From Roseibacillus sp. (lineage in GTDB: Bacteria; Verrucomicrobiota; Verrucomicrobiia; Verrucomicrobiales; Akkermansiaceae), in contig JBPOGI010000008.1 of assembly GCA_051251855.1 (NCBI GenBank), positions 1-64,000 on the forward strand: DNA of 64,000 nucleotides. Direction: 5' to 3'. The translations under genes were made by a program, and so were the position numbers. The notes under the pieces were generated by a model. The model was given only the letters and a program-made list of their open reading frames with translations, was not told the DNA's origin and ran no database searches. The first letter of the stretch is position 1. Each line of letters starts with the position of its first letter. This document shows, piece after piece, positions 19,411-28,615 of this stretch.

Positions 19411-20721
19411 TTATTTCAGTTGGTTAACGAGTTTTCGGAACGCTTCTCCGCGTTCGATATAGCTTGAAAATTGGTCAAAGGAGGAAGTGCCGGGCGAGAA
19501 GAGGACGGTCGCTCCATGCGAAGCCAATCCCTGTGCCACCTTCACCGCGTCATCGAGAGTCTCGACCGTTTCGGTCTTCACGCTCTGAGAGAAAAGTTGA
19601 CCGAGTTTGCCACCGATCTCTCCGAAGGTAACGGTGCCGATAGTCCGCTCTTGAAGAACCTCGGAAAGCGGACCGTAATCCAAGCCCTTTTCTTTCCCCC
19701 CCGCAATCAGAACGATGGGACGCGTTAACGCACGCAAGGCTGACTCTAAGGCATGTAGGTTTGTCGCCTTTGAATCATTGAGATACTCAACTCCATCTAA
19801 TGTCCGAATTAATTCGCAGCGATGTGCTGGCGGAGTGAACGTCTTCAATGCTTTCTTCATCGCATCAAGCTCGACCCCGGCAGCCTGAGCAGCTCCGGCT
19901 GCAGCCATCACATTCTCAGCATTGTGAAGCCCCCGTAAATTCGTGTCTTCAAGACAAACGAAAGGTTCATCCTGATGATAAATATACCCGTTGCGCATCT
20001 TAAACTCGCACCCTTCTTCTTCATCCCACTCACTCATAAAGCGAACCACCCGTGACTTGATCGACTCAAGCTCCTCCCCAGTGCGAGCCACCACAACTTG
20101 ATCCTCATTCATATTCTCGAAAATCCGCTTCTTGGCATCCCGATACTCCTCCAAAGTCTCGTAACGATCCATATGATCGGCTGCAAAGTTGAGCCAAACC
20201 GCCACATCTGGACGAAAAGTGTCGATCGTTTCCAGCTGAAACGAGCTCGCTTCTAGGGCCACCGCTGCGGGAGGGTTTTCATCCAATGCCACGTCCGACA
20301 AAGGCCGTCCATGATTACCACAAGGCACGCAAGAAATCCCTCCTTCGTTTAGGAAAGCGGAAATCAACTCCGTAGTGGTGGTCTTCCCGTTTGTCCCCGT
20401 GATAGCAACGACCAATCCATTGTAATTCTGGAAGCCTAGCTCCATCTCACCAATGAACCCTTCACTCTTCTTTGCAAAAGCTTGCGCGAACTCTCCCTGA
20501 GTCTCAATCCCTGGACTCAGCACGACGAGATCGAAACTCTTCGACTCTGCCGCTTCGTGAGTCGATTCCCCCTCCAGATGAATTGCATCCGGCCATTCGC
20601 CTTTGATTTCATTCGAATCATAGACCGTTACTTTTGCCCCCAGCTTGAGACACAGTTCAGCAGCAGCACGACCACTACGGCCAGCCCCCAGAATTGCTAC
20701 GTTTTGTCCTTTGAGTTTCAT
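19411..20721 (-). CDS. murD: UDP-MurNAc-L-Ala:D-Glu ligase
   Basis: ITGTNGKTTT, EASSFQL, DHMDRY, NDSKATN; TAATG coupling to mraY. Confidence 0.96.
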   Translation of the reverse strand: MKLKGQNVAILGAGRSGRAAAELCLKLGAKVTVYDSNEIKGEWPDAIHLEGESTHEAAESKSFDLVVLSPGIETQGEFAQAFAKKSEGFIGEMELGFQNYNGLVVAITGTNGKTTTTELISAFLNEGGISCVPCGNHGRPLSDVALDENPPAAVALEASSFQLETIDTFRPDVAVWLNFAADHMDRYETLEEYRDAKKRIFENMNEDQVVVARTGEELESIKSRVVRFMSEWDEEEGCEFKMRNGYIYHQDEPFVCLEDTNLRGLHNAENVMAAAGAAQAAGVELDAMKKALKTFTPPAHRCELIRTLDGVEYLNDSKATNLHALESALRALTRPIVLIAGGKEKGLDYGPLSEVLQERTIGTVTFGEIGGKLGQLFSQSVKTETVETLDDAVKVAQGLASHGATVLFSPGTSSFDQFSSYIERGEAFRKLVNQLK

Positions 20722-21896
20722 TAGAGAATTTTCAATGTTGCGAGTCCAATCATGGCGAAAAGAATGGAAAGAATCCAAAATCGCACAATGACCTGAGTTT
20801 CCTTCCAGCCCCCAAGCTCGAAGTGATGGTGAATGGGTGACATGCGAAAGATACGCTTGCCGGTAGATTTAAAACTGGCCACTTGCAGCACCACGGACAT
20901 GGCCTCCATCACGAAGACGCCACCGATGATGACAAGCAAGAGCTCCTGACGCACACAGATAGCCGTCGTTCCGATACAGCCACCGATCGCAAGCGAACCC
21001 GTATCCCCCATAAAGACTTTTGCTGGAAAACAGTTAAACCACAGGAAGCCGAAACCTGCTCCCACTAAGGCCATCATCACAACCACCAACTCACCCACAT
21101 GTGGGTTGAAAGGAACATTGAGATAGTCGTGAGCATTCTCATTACCTGCCACATAGGCCAAAACGGCGTAGGCGAGAGAAACAGTGATCGTACAACCGAT
21201 TGCCAACCCATCGAGTCCATCTGTTAAATTCACCGCATTGGATGCTCCCATAATAACCACAATGAAGAACGGGATGGCCAGAACACCGAGAGCAATAATG
21301 GGGGACTTAGAGAGCGGGAACGAAATATCTGAAATCCGATGTTCACTATCCTTCCAAACAGCATCTGTATCCGCGAACAGCCACGTTGCCGTATCCACCT
21401 TTGTATAAAGGAACAAGGCGACCAAAAGCCCAACCACCAGCTGCCAGAAGAGCTTCGTCTTTCCACTCACTCCATCCGAGGTCTTCTTCACCACCTTGGC
21501 GTAATCATCGACAAATCCAAGAAGACCTAACCCGAGCATCGCGCACATCGTCACGGTGACAAAGGGATTAAGAACACGCCCACAAACCAAAACCGCAACC
21601 AAAACTGATGCCAAGATCATGACCCCACCCATCGTAGGTGTTCCCGCTTTCGCGCCATGAAGCTCTGCTAACTTGTGCACCTCATCCGCTGTCCGAATCG
21701 GCTGCCCCACCTTGAGCGAAATCAGCTTGCGAATGATACGTGGCCCGAAGGTCAGTGTCAGTCCAAAGGTTAACAACGCAGCCAAGCCACCTCGTACTGA
21801 AAGGTATTTAAACAACCTCAGAAAGCTAAAGGTCTCAGCCCAGCTTTCACCTGCCTCGTGGGCCTTCATCCAAATATCGTAAATCCAGTAGAGCAT
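20721..21896 (-). CDS. mraY: Phospho-MurNAc-pentapeptide transferase
   Basis: GTPTMGG, NAVNLTDGLDGLA, FMGDTGS and PIHHHFE motifs. Confidence 0.97.
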   Translation of the reverse strand: MLYWIYDIWMKAHEAGESWAETFSFLRLFKYLSVRGGLAALLTFGLTLTFGPRIIRKLISLKVGQPIRTADEVHKLAELHGAKAGTPTMGGVMILASVLVAVLVCGRVLNPFVTVTMCAMLGLGLLGFVDDYAKVVKKTSDGVSGKTKLFWQLVVGLLVALFLYTKVDTATWLFADTDAVWKDSEHRISDISFPLSKSPIIALGVLAIPFFIVVIMGASNAVNLTDGLDGLAIGCTITVSLAYAVLAYVAGNENAHDYLNVPFNPHVGELVVVMMALVGAGFGFLWFNCFPAKVFMGDTGSLAIGGCIGTTAICVRQELLLVIIGGVFVMEAMSVVLQVASFKSTGKRIFRMSPIHHHFELGGWKETQVIVRFWILSILFAMIGLATLKIL

Positions 21897-23260
21897 TAGT
21901 TTTGGGGGAAAATTTGTTTCATTACTTGTTCAACCGCAGCCATACGGCTGCCCTTAAAGAGGACGACATCGCCCGCCTTCAGCTGTTGCGACAGCCACTG
22001 TGCCGCTTCTTCTCTTGAGTCAAAGTGACGGTCACTCCCCGCCCCTTCTGAAATTCCTTTTGCTTCTTCCCCCACACTCACAACCTCCACTTCACGCGCT
22101 GCGGCGAACTCTCCTAAAGAAAAGTGCTCTTGGGGCGCGGTCGCTCCAATTTCAGCCATCATCCCAAGCACCGCAAAGTGACGCCCGCCGTTTCCAGCCT
22201 TACGCTCAACCAAAGTCTCAATCCCCGCGCGCATCGACTCAGGGTTCGCATTGTAGGTATCATCTAGAACGGTAATGTCGCGCTCTTGGAATGAGCGAAG
22301 TCGCCCACTCGTCAACTCCGTCGCCTCCAAACCTTGCGCGACCTCCTCAATCGTTAACCCTAAGCGACGACCAACAGCAGCAGCTAACAAAGCGTTTGTT
22401 ACCATATGCCGACCAGCAACCGAAAGTTCCAATGGAACCCGCCCGCCGCCCTCACTGAAGACGAGCACAAACTTCATTCCATCACCGGAACCATCAATTT
22501 CTTCCGCGCGAACCTCACCTCGTCCATTACCTACCGCTACCACCTGAGCCTTGGTCCGATCTCGAAAATATTCGAGATATTCACAAGAGGCGGGCACCAT
22601 CAAGGACCCAATTTCAGGCAAACTGCGAGCCAAGGCTCCCTTTTCTTCTGCAATTGCATCACGTGTGCCCATATGTTCGATATGAGCACTTCCAATATTG
22701 GTAATAATACCAATATGCGGACGAGCAATCTCACAAAGAGGAGCAATCTCACCAGGATGGTTCATCCCCATTTCGAAGACCCCCACTTCATCATCTTCGG
22801 TCAAGGAAAGCACACTCAAGGGCACGCCAATGTGATTATTCAGGTTACCTAAGGTCGCTCTTACCTGAAAGCGTTGACTCAAAACCGAACGCGTAAAATC
22901 CTTCGTCGACGTTTTCCCGTTCGAGCCTGTCAGCCCAACTACAGGAATCGCCAATTCAGTCCGCCACCAATGGGCCAGACGTTGCAAACCAATCAAAGTA
23001 TCAGGAACAACAATGAGTCCTTCTCGGCCCGACGCGACCTCGGCGCTATCGACCAAAGCTCCCACCGCTCCAGAATCCATCGCAGGCTCTACGTAATCAT
23101 GGCCATCAAATCGGTCTCCCCGAAGTGCTACGAAAAGCTCTCCCCCTGCCAAGCTACGAGTATCAGTCGAGACTCCCGCAGTCACTACAAGTTCTCCTCC
23201 CCCATTGGGAAGTTCACCCGCCACAGCATCGGCGATTTCAGCTAGCGAAATATTTTTCAC
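21896..23260 (-). CDS. murF: UDP-MurNAc-tripeptide:D-Ala-D-Ala ligase
   Basis: TGSNGKTSTK, NLNNHIGVP, EMGMNHPGEI and DDTYNANPES motifs. Confidence 0.96.
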   Translation of the reverse strand: MKNISLAEIADAVAGELPNGGGELVVTAGVSTDTRSLAGGELFVALRGDRFDGHDYVEPAMDSGAVGALVDSAEVASGREGLIVVPDTLIGLQRLAHWWRTELAIPVVGLTGSNGKTSTKDFTRSVLSQRFQVRATLGNLNNHIGVPLSVLSLTEDDEVGVFEMGMNHPGEIAPLCEIARPHIGIITNIGSAHIEHMGTRDAIAEEKGALARSLPEIGSLMVPASCEYLEYFRDRTKAQVVAVGNGRGEVRAEEIDGSGDGMKFVLVFSEGGGRVPLELSVAGRHMVTNALLAAAVGRRLGLTIEEVAQGLEATELTSGRLRSFQERDITVLDDTYNANPESMRAGIETLVERKAGNGGRHFAVLGMMAEIGATAPQEHFSLGEFAAAREVEVVSVGEEAKGISEGAGSDRHFDSREEAAQWLSQQLKAGDVVLFKGSRMAAVEQVMKQIFPQN

Positions 23261-24759
23261 GCTTCCTCCCTCTCTCTCTCTTTTTCCTTCAGTCTTCCAA
23301 CCACCTCAATGGCCTTACGCACCTCCACTCGGTCGTCGAAGGTGATCGTCTCGTTCGCAAAAATTTGGTAATCTTCGTGCCCCTTTCCTGCCACGAGAAC
23401 GATGTCATTGGGCTTCGACATCTCGATGGCCGTTCGAATAGCTTCTCGACGATCAGGAATGCTCGCGTGCCCTGCACCCATGAAACCCTTCTCAACATCA
23501 CTGATGATGGAGGCTGGTTCCTCGCCGCGAGGGTTATCTGAAGTCACAATACAAAAGTCGCTGTCTTTCTCAGCTGCACGCGCCATCGGAGCACGCTTAC
23601 CTCGGTCGCGACCACCACCACAGCCAAAGACCGTAATGAGTCGTCCGGGCTCCAATTCACGAAGAGTTCGGCAAACATTCTGAACCGCATCTGGGGTGTG
23701 AGCGTAATCAACAAAGACTGCCGCACCATCCACCATACCAGCCAACTCAAGACGCCCGGGCACCCCTGCAATGTCCTTCACTGCGGAAATGGCATCGCGC
23801 AGTGGAACGCCAATGGCATCGACCGAAGCCAAGGCAGCCAAGGTATTCAAAACATTGAATCGACCGATCAAGGGCACCCGCACAAGAAACGACTTCCCTT
23901 TTGCTTCCAAATGAAACTCCATCCCCTTGGCCGATTGCTTAATTCGCCCAGCTTGAAAATCACAATGAGTACCGAAGCCATAGCTCACCAACTTCAAGCG
24001 TCCTTCAAAGTCTCTTAATAAATCGGCTCCATAAGAGTCGTCGCCATTGACCACCGCCACCGCCTTTGAACTTTCTGCGGCCATGCTCGTGAAGAGAATC
24101 TTCTTTGCTTCAAAGTAGTTCCCCATCGTCCCGTGATAGTCGAGATGGTCCTGCGTGAGGTTCGTGAAGACTCCCACCTTAAAATTGACTCCTTTCACTC
24201 GCCCCTGCTCCAAGCCGTGGGACGACACCTCCATCGCAACTCCGTGGCAACCATTGTCGCGCATGCGAGCCAACAGCCCCTGCAACTCAACCGCTCCAGG
24301 CGTGGTGTGCGTAGCAGGCGTTACCGTCAATCCATCGTCTACCTGAATAGTCCCGATCATACCCGCCCGCTGGCGAATGCGCTTAAGAATCTCATGAACC
24401 AAGTAGGCAATAGTCGTCTTTCCGTTGGTTCCCGTAATGCCAATGATATTGAGGTCTGCCGAGGGAGAACCTGCCTGTAGGTCGGCAAGCACTGCGAGAG
24501 CGTCACGTGAATTACTCACTTGAATCCATGTCCCTGCAAAGCTATCCAACGGCTCATCTTCAGCAACAATCGCCACCGCCCCACTCTCGATCGCAGTCGC
24601 AATGTAGCGATGCCCATCGAACTCGGTTCCTCGCACCGCAACAAACACAGAGCCGGACTCCACTATACGAGAGTCATCAGTTACTTGTTTCCACACACCT
24701 TCGCGTGGCCCGCTAATGCGCGCCTTCGGGAGACAAGGTATAATTTCAGTTATATTCAT
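23257..24759 (-). CDS. murE: UDP-MurNAc-dipeptide:meso-DAP ligase
   Basis: MEVSSH, QDHLDYH, DYAHTPDA, DNPR (DAP-type motif), GKGHE. Confidence 0.96.
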   Translation of the reverse strand: MNITEIIPCLPKARISGPREGVWKQVTDDSRIVESGSVFVAVRGTEFDGHRYIATAIESGAVAIVAEDEPLDSFAGTWIQVSNSRDALAVLADLQAGSPSADLNIIGITGTNGKTTIAYLVHEILKRIRQRAGMIGTIQVDDGLTVTPATHTTPGAVELQGLLARMRDNGCHGVAMEVSSHGLEQGRVKGVNFKVGVFTNLTQDHLDYHGTMGNYFEAKKILFTSMAAESSKAVAVVNGDDSYGADLLRDFEGRLKLVSYGFGTHCDFQAGRIKQSAKGMEFHLEAKGKSFLVRVPLIGRFNVLNTLAALASVDAIGVPLRDAISAVKDIAGVPGRLELAGMVDGAAVFVDYAHTPDAVQNVCRTLRELEPGRLITVFGCGGGRDRGKRAPMARAAEKDSDFCIVTSDNPRGEEPASIISDVEKGFMGAGHASIPDRREAIRTAIEMSKPNDIVLVAGKGHEDYQIFANETITFDDRVEVRKAIEVVGRLKEKEREREEA

Positions 24760-26672
24760 TGGCTTGCTAAAGGCTGCACCACGGTGCGCGTTGGCTTGAG
24801 ATTCATTGCGGAGGCCAGACGGCCAGCGACTTTGGAAAAAATTGGGGCCGCAATCGTTCCACCCCCATGAGTCGCATCAGGAGTTTGAGGGTCATCAATC
24901 ACCACCACACAAACGAACTCGGGATTCTCAACAGGAAGCATTCCGGCAAACGAGGCTACCTTACGATTCTTGTCGTATCCCCCATCAATCACCTTCCAGG
25001 CCGTCCCAGTTTTGCCTGCAACTCCAAATCCGGGGACCGCCCCTTTGGTCGCCGTTCCACCGGGTTCGGTGACGGTTGCCAAAGCACGACGCATGTGAGC
25101 CGCCGTCTGAGGCGAAACCACCTGTCGAATCATTTCTGGTTCAAAGGAATGAATACGTTGACCGTTAGGCATCATTACCGACTTCACTAAGAGCGGCTTC
25201 ATCAGCTTTCCTCCGTTCGCAATCACGCAATAGGCATTGGCCACCTGAAGGGGCGTCACGTTCACAGCGTAACCATAACAGCGGGAAGCAAACTCACGGT
25301 TATTTGCTGTATGAGGAGTCAGGCCCGCCTGCTCGCCTCCAAGAGAAATCCCCGTCCGCTGCCCGAAACCAAAATCGTCCATATAGCGATAGAAACGCTC
25401 CCGCCCTAACATCTTAGCAAACTGGAAAGTGCCAATGTTACTCGATTTCGCTAAAACTTCCCGTAGGGATAACCATCCAAAAGGCATATAATCCTTCACT
25501 GGCGGTTTCAACTCATTGCATTCGCCATCGTGGCAAAAAACTCTCGTCCAAGGATTGGCCAACCCCTCCTCAATCACCGCTGCGGTGGCAATAATCTTAA
25601 ACGTTGATCCCGGCTCGTAAACGGCCTGCATCGCATAGTTCACCCCGGCCACTCCTACATTCTCACGCTTATTTAAATCAAAGGTAGGCCGACTCGCCAT
25701 CGCGAGAACTTCTCCCGTATGAGGATTCATTACCACAATCGCCCCCCGCTTCGCATGAGCGAAAGCCAAGCCTGCATCGAGTTCCTCTTCCACCAATGCT
25801 TGAAAACTCAAGTCGAGACTCAACTGAACATCGAGCCCAGGAATCGGTGGCTTCACTACTCCACTGGTCTTTCCAAGGCGAAGATTTCGCGCATCCCTCT
25901 TGGTCACCTCGTAACCATCCTTACCCTGAAGATACTTTGCTTGGCTTCTCTCGATTCCTGAAACCCCAACAATGTGCTCTTCTTTTGATCCCTCCCTCAC
26001 CGGACGAGAACTTCGGATTCCCACCACGTGAGCGCCCAACTTAGGGTTGGGGTAGATACGACGGTAGCTCTTCCGAAAAATAAGCCCTTGAATACGGTTC
26101 TCTCTGGCAGCGGCTTGAATCTTATCCGAAATTTCTTCCGGCACCTTCTTCGCTAGAATCAAAGGCCGATTAATACGCTTATCGACCGGCCCAACCTTTT
26201 CTAACAAATCATCACGGTGCGGATACTCCTTCAAGTGAGGAGTCAAAATAGAAGCCAGCAATGAAAGGTGCTGCTGCACAATATCAAGCTTATCGCGAGT
26301 CTTCAGAACCTCATCGCTCAAGCCCCCTACAATCTGATCTCTTTGGTGCTCACTCGCGGTTGACCACTCCTCGCGTAAAACCGCACGAGCATAGGCCACT
26401 CCCGGAGCAACCACGGTGGCATCGGTAAGGTGATTGAGGTCTACCGAAATTTCTGTGACCGGATTATTACGTGCAATGACTTCTTCATTGCGATCGACGA
26501 TATACCCATTCTGGGCAAGCAAAGGACGCTTAATAGAACGACCAGGCGACGACGAATGAGCATCCTCCTCCGAGTCCCACTGCAGATAAATGAGACGACC
26601 CGAAAGCGCGCTGAGCCCAGCTACCAAAGCCAGGCACACAATCAACACTCGCGCTTGTAGTCCTTTATTCAT
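24756..26672 (-). CDS. ftsI: Class B penicillin-binding protein (PBP3)
   Basis: EPGSTFK (SxxK), SSN and KTG motifs; dcw position. Confidence 0.9.
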   Translation of the reverse strand: MNKGLQARVLIVCLALVAGLSALSGRLIYLQWDSEEDAHSSSPGRSIKRPLLAQNGYIVDRNEEVIARNNPVTEISVDLNHLTDATVVAPGVAYARAVLREEWSTASEHQRDQIVGGLSDEVLKTRDKLDIVQQHLSLLASILTPHLKEYPHRDDLLEKVGPVDKRINRPLILAKKVPEEISDKIQAAARENRIQGLIFRKSYRRIYPNPKLGAHVVGIRSSRPVREGSKEEHIVGVSGIERSQAKYLQGKDGYEVTKRDARNLRLGKTSGVVKPPIPGLDVQLSLDLSFQALVEEELDAGLAFAHAKRGAIVVMNPHTGEVLAMASRPTFDLNKRENVGVAGVNYAMQAVYEPGSTFKIIATAAVIEEGLANPWTRVFCHDGECNELKPPVKDYMPFGWLSLREVLAKSSNIGTFQFAKMLGRERFYRYMDDFGFGQRTGISLGGEQAGLTPHTANNREFASRCYGYAVNVTPLQVANAYCVIANGGKLMKPLLVKSVMMPNGQRIHSFEPEMIRQVVSPQTAAHMRRALATVTEPGGTATKGAVPGFGVAGKTGTAWKVIDGGYDKNRKVASFAGMLPVENPEFVCVVVIDDPQTPDATHGGGTIAAPIFSKVAGRLASAMNLKPTRTVVQPLASQ

Positions 26673-27011
26673 CTATTCAGCTCTGGCCATTTCGGGAACA
26701 GTCCCGACAGCGTAGACATCTTCGATTGCTTGCAGTGGAATACCTCTCAGTTGAGTTTCAGCAGCAACTAGGGAGTTGCGTAGATCCCAACGATTCTCTA
26801 ATTGCCCTAGGCGAATCTCCAAATTGGTAACATCACGATCGTGCTCTCGGATCCGACGCTCCACCTGCTCAATCTCGCGAACCACGTTCAACTGTTGATT
26901 CTTCATCACAGTATGAAAGACACCCGTTGCACCCAACGAAATAGCGGTGAGCACCAAGAGGGCAAACACTCCCGGATTCAAACTGGCTCTCTTCTTTTTA
27001 TTTTTACTCAT
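26673..27011 (-). CDS. ftsL: FtsL-like bitopic coiled-coil protein
   Basis: Basic N-terminus, one TM, heptad coiled coil; lies between rsmH and ftsI. Confidence 0.65.
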   Translation of the reverse strand: MSKNKKKRASLNPGVFALLVLTAISLGATGVFHTVMKNQQLNVVREIEQVERRIREHDRDVTNLEIRLGQLENRWDLRNSLVAAETQLRGIPLQAIEDVYAVGTVPEMARAE

Positions 27012-28066
27012 CGTCTTTTAGCGAGTCGTAGCTTTGCGCTTCGCGCGCGGGTATTACGGGCGAGCTCGGCATCTCCTGCCGAAATCGCTTTGCGAGAAAT
27101 CAGGTCCCAAGCGAGCTCAGGATTTGGACGTGGCTCAGGCCACTCAGGACGGTCGATAAACTCAACACTCCCCTTTTTTAAAAATTGTTTAACGAGGCGA
27201 TCCTCCAAACTGTGAAAAGTAATCACCGCCAAGATGCCACCAGGCTTCAGAACATCTTGCGCCGCCTCGAGACCAGCTGTCACCGAGTCCAACTCCGTAT
27301 TCACCGCCATCCGCAACGCTTGAAAAACTCGCGTAGCAGGATGCTTACGCCCCCGTCCGCCCATCGTCTTCTCAACACACCCCGCCAACTGCAAAGTGGT
27401 AGTAAACTCTTGCTCTTCACGAGCCTTCACAATTGCCGCTGCAATTCGGCGCGACGCCTTCTCTTCTCCATAGAGAAAGAAAATGTTCGCCAACTCTTCA
27501 GCCGATCGCGTGTTCACATAGTCCGCAGCGGTTTCCCCTGCCGACTGATTCATCCGCATATCTAGCGGACCTTCTTTTTGAAAGGAAAACCCGCGCTCAG
27601 CCTGATCGAGTTGCCAAGATGACACCCCCAAGTCTAACAAGACCCCATCGACAGACTGCGCGGGCACTACCGAACGCATTTCCGAAAAATTTCCCTGCTC
27701 AGCACGAAAGCGATCTCCAAAGACCTCCAGTCGTTTTCCAGCATAGGCGAGGGCATCGCTATCGCGGTCCATTCCGACGACTTGCGCACCCGACTCTAAC
27801 AGACGCTCGCTGTGACCACCGCCACCGAGCGTTCCATCAAGAAATAGTTTATCCTCTGTAGGCTCTAGTCCCGTAAGAGTCTCATCTACCAAAACAGGTT
27901 CGTGATAGAACTCACGCTCATTAACTTCCCCACCCTGTTCGGTAGCAGCAGAGCTTTGAAAAACGTGACCCCGCCATTCCGGCACCACCGATTCCACCGT
28001 CCGTCGTATAACGGCAAGGCAGTCGGAGAAGTCGGCAAATGCCGGAATGAATGCGGGTGTCAGCAT
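27008..28066 (-). CDS. rsmH: 16S rRNA m4C1402 methyltransferase (start uncertain: ATG 28066 or GTG 27997/27988/27985)
   Basis: HEPVL, DGTLGGGGHS, DLGVSSWQLD, PLDMRM, HPATRVFQALR, FHSLEDR and RSAKLR motifs. Confidence 0.95.
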   Translation of the reverse strand: MLTPAFIPAFADFSDCLAVIRRTVESVVPEWRGHVFQSSAATEQGGEVNEREFYHEPVLVDETLTGLEPTEDKLFLDGTLGGGGHSERLLESGAQVVGMDRDSDALAYAGKRLEVFGDRFRAEQGNFSEMRSVVPAQSVDGVLLDLGVSSWQLDQAERGFSFQKEGPLDMRMNQSAGETAADYVNTRSAEELANIFFLYGEEKASRRIAAAIVKAREEQEFTTTLQLAGCVEKTMGGRGRKHPATRVFQALRMAVNTELDSVTAGLEAAQDVLKPGGILAVITFHSLEDRLVKQFLKKGSVEFIDRPEWPEPRPNPELAWDLISRKAISAGDAELARNTRARSAKLRLAKRR

Positions 28067-28599
28067 GTTTTTCAGTGTTCCAATCCTGTTTTTATCCAGT
28101 AAATCCAGTAGCTCGAGGGAGGTCCGCGACCTGCCCCTCACGCAAAATTTTGAAATAACGGAAAGCTGCCACCCCAAGCCCACGCTCGCACAGCGTCGCA
28201 AATCTCTGACCGGCAAGGCAGATGGCTTGCGCCGCGCGAAACAGCAGGTTTTGGGGTGACAACAGTGTTCCAGTTATCCAGTTATCCAGTAAAGTCGTCG
28301 GGAAACTGCCACCACTCCGGGCCTCACGAAGGCCCTCTCCTGACTTGAAAGTCCTTTTGGCAAGGCAGTCTTGCCGAGAGGAGGCTCTCGATTCGCGCCG
28401 GAGTGGCAGCATTGTTCCAGTGTTCCAGTTATCCAGTAAAGTCGTTGGGAAATCAGACAGGAGGACGCCGCCACCCCAAGCCTCGCAAAGGCCCGTTTTC
28501 AGCAGAAAGCACCTTTCGGCAAGGCAATCGTGCTGAGTCAGGGTTTTCGCTTGGTTTTGAGGTGACGACATTGTTCCAGTGTTCCAGTTATCCAGTAAA
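27961..28599 (-). ncRNA. Candidate array of four structured RNA units, each preceded by a 31-nt direct repeat
   Basis: Repeats at 28569-28599, 28410-28440, 28263-28293 and 28073-28103. Invariant TGCCTTGCC (minus) at 28518-26, 28359-67, 28212-20 and 28013-21. Each unit has its own complementary closing stem. Confidence 0.6.
28073..28599. repeat. Four dispersed 31-bp direct repeats (consensus cattgttccagtgttccagttatccagtaaa)
   Basis: Two copies identical, one near-identical, one degenerate in the middle; periods 159, 147 and 190 bp; internal 8-bp periodicity of ACTGGA on the minus strand. Confidence 0.95.
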
Positions 28600-28615
28600 T
28601 TCATTCTTAAGCCCC

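Noticed and set aside
28140..28156. -1 slippery site AAAUUUU plus hairpin fusing the repeat ORF to rsmH
   Set aside because: The heptamer is out of phase for -1 slippage, and the fusion would need a +1 shift.
28067..28216. Longest rsmH start given by the ORF track (28216)
   Set aside because: It runs through repeat and stem sequence with no RsmH similarity; unsupported.
28073..28599. CRISPR array
   Set aside because: Inter-repeat segments are 116-159 nt, share motifs and stems with each other, and no cas genes are present.
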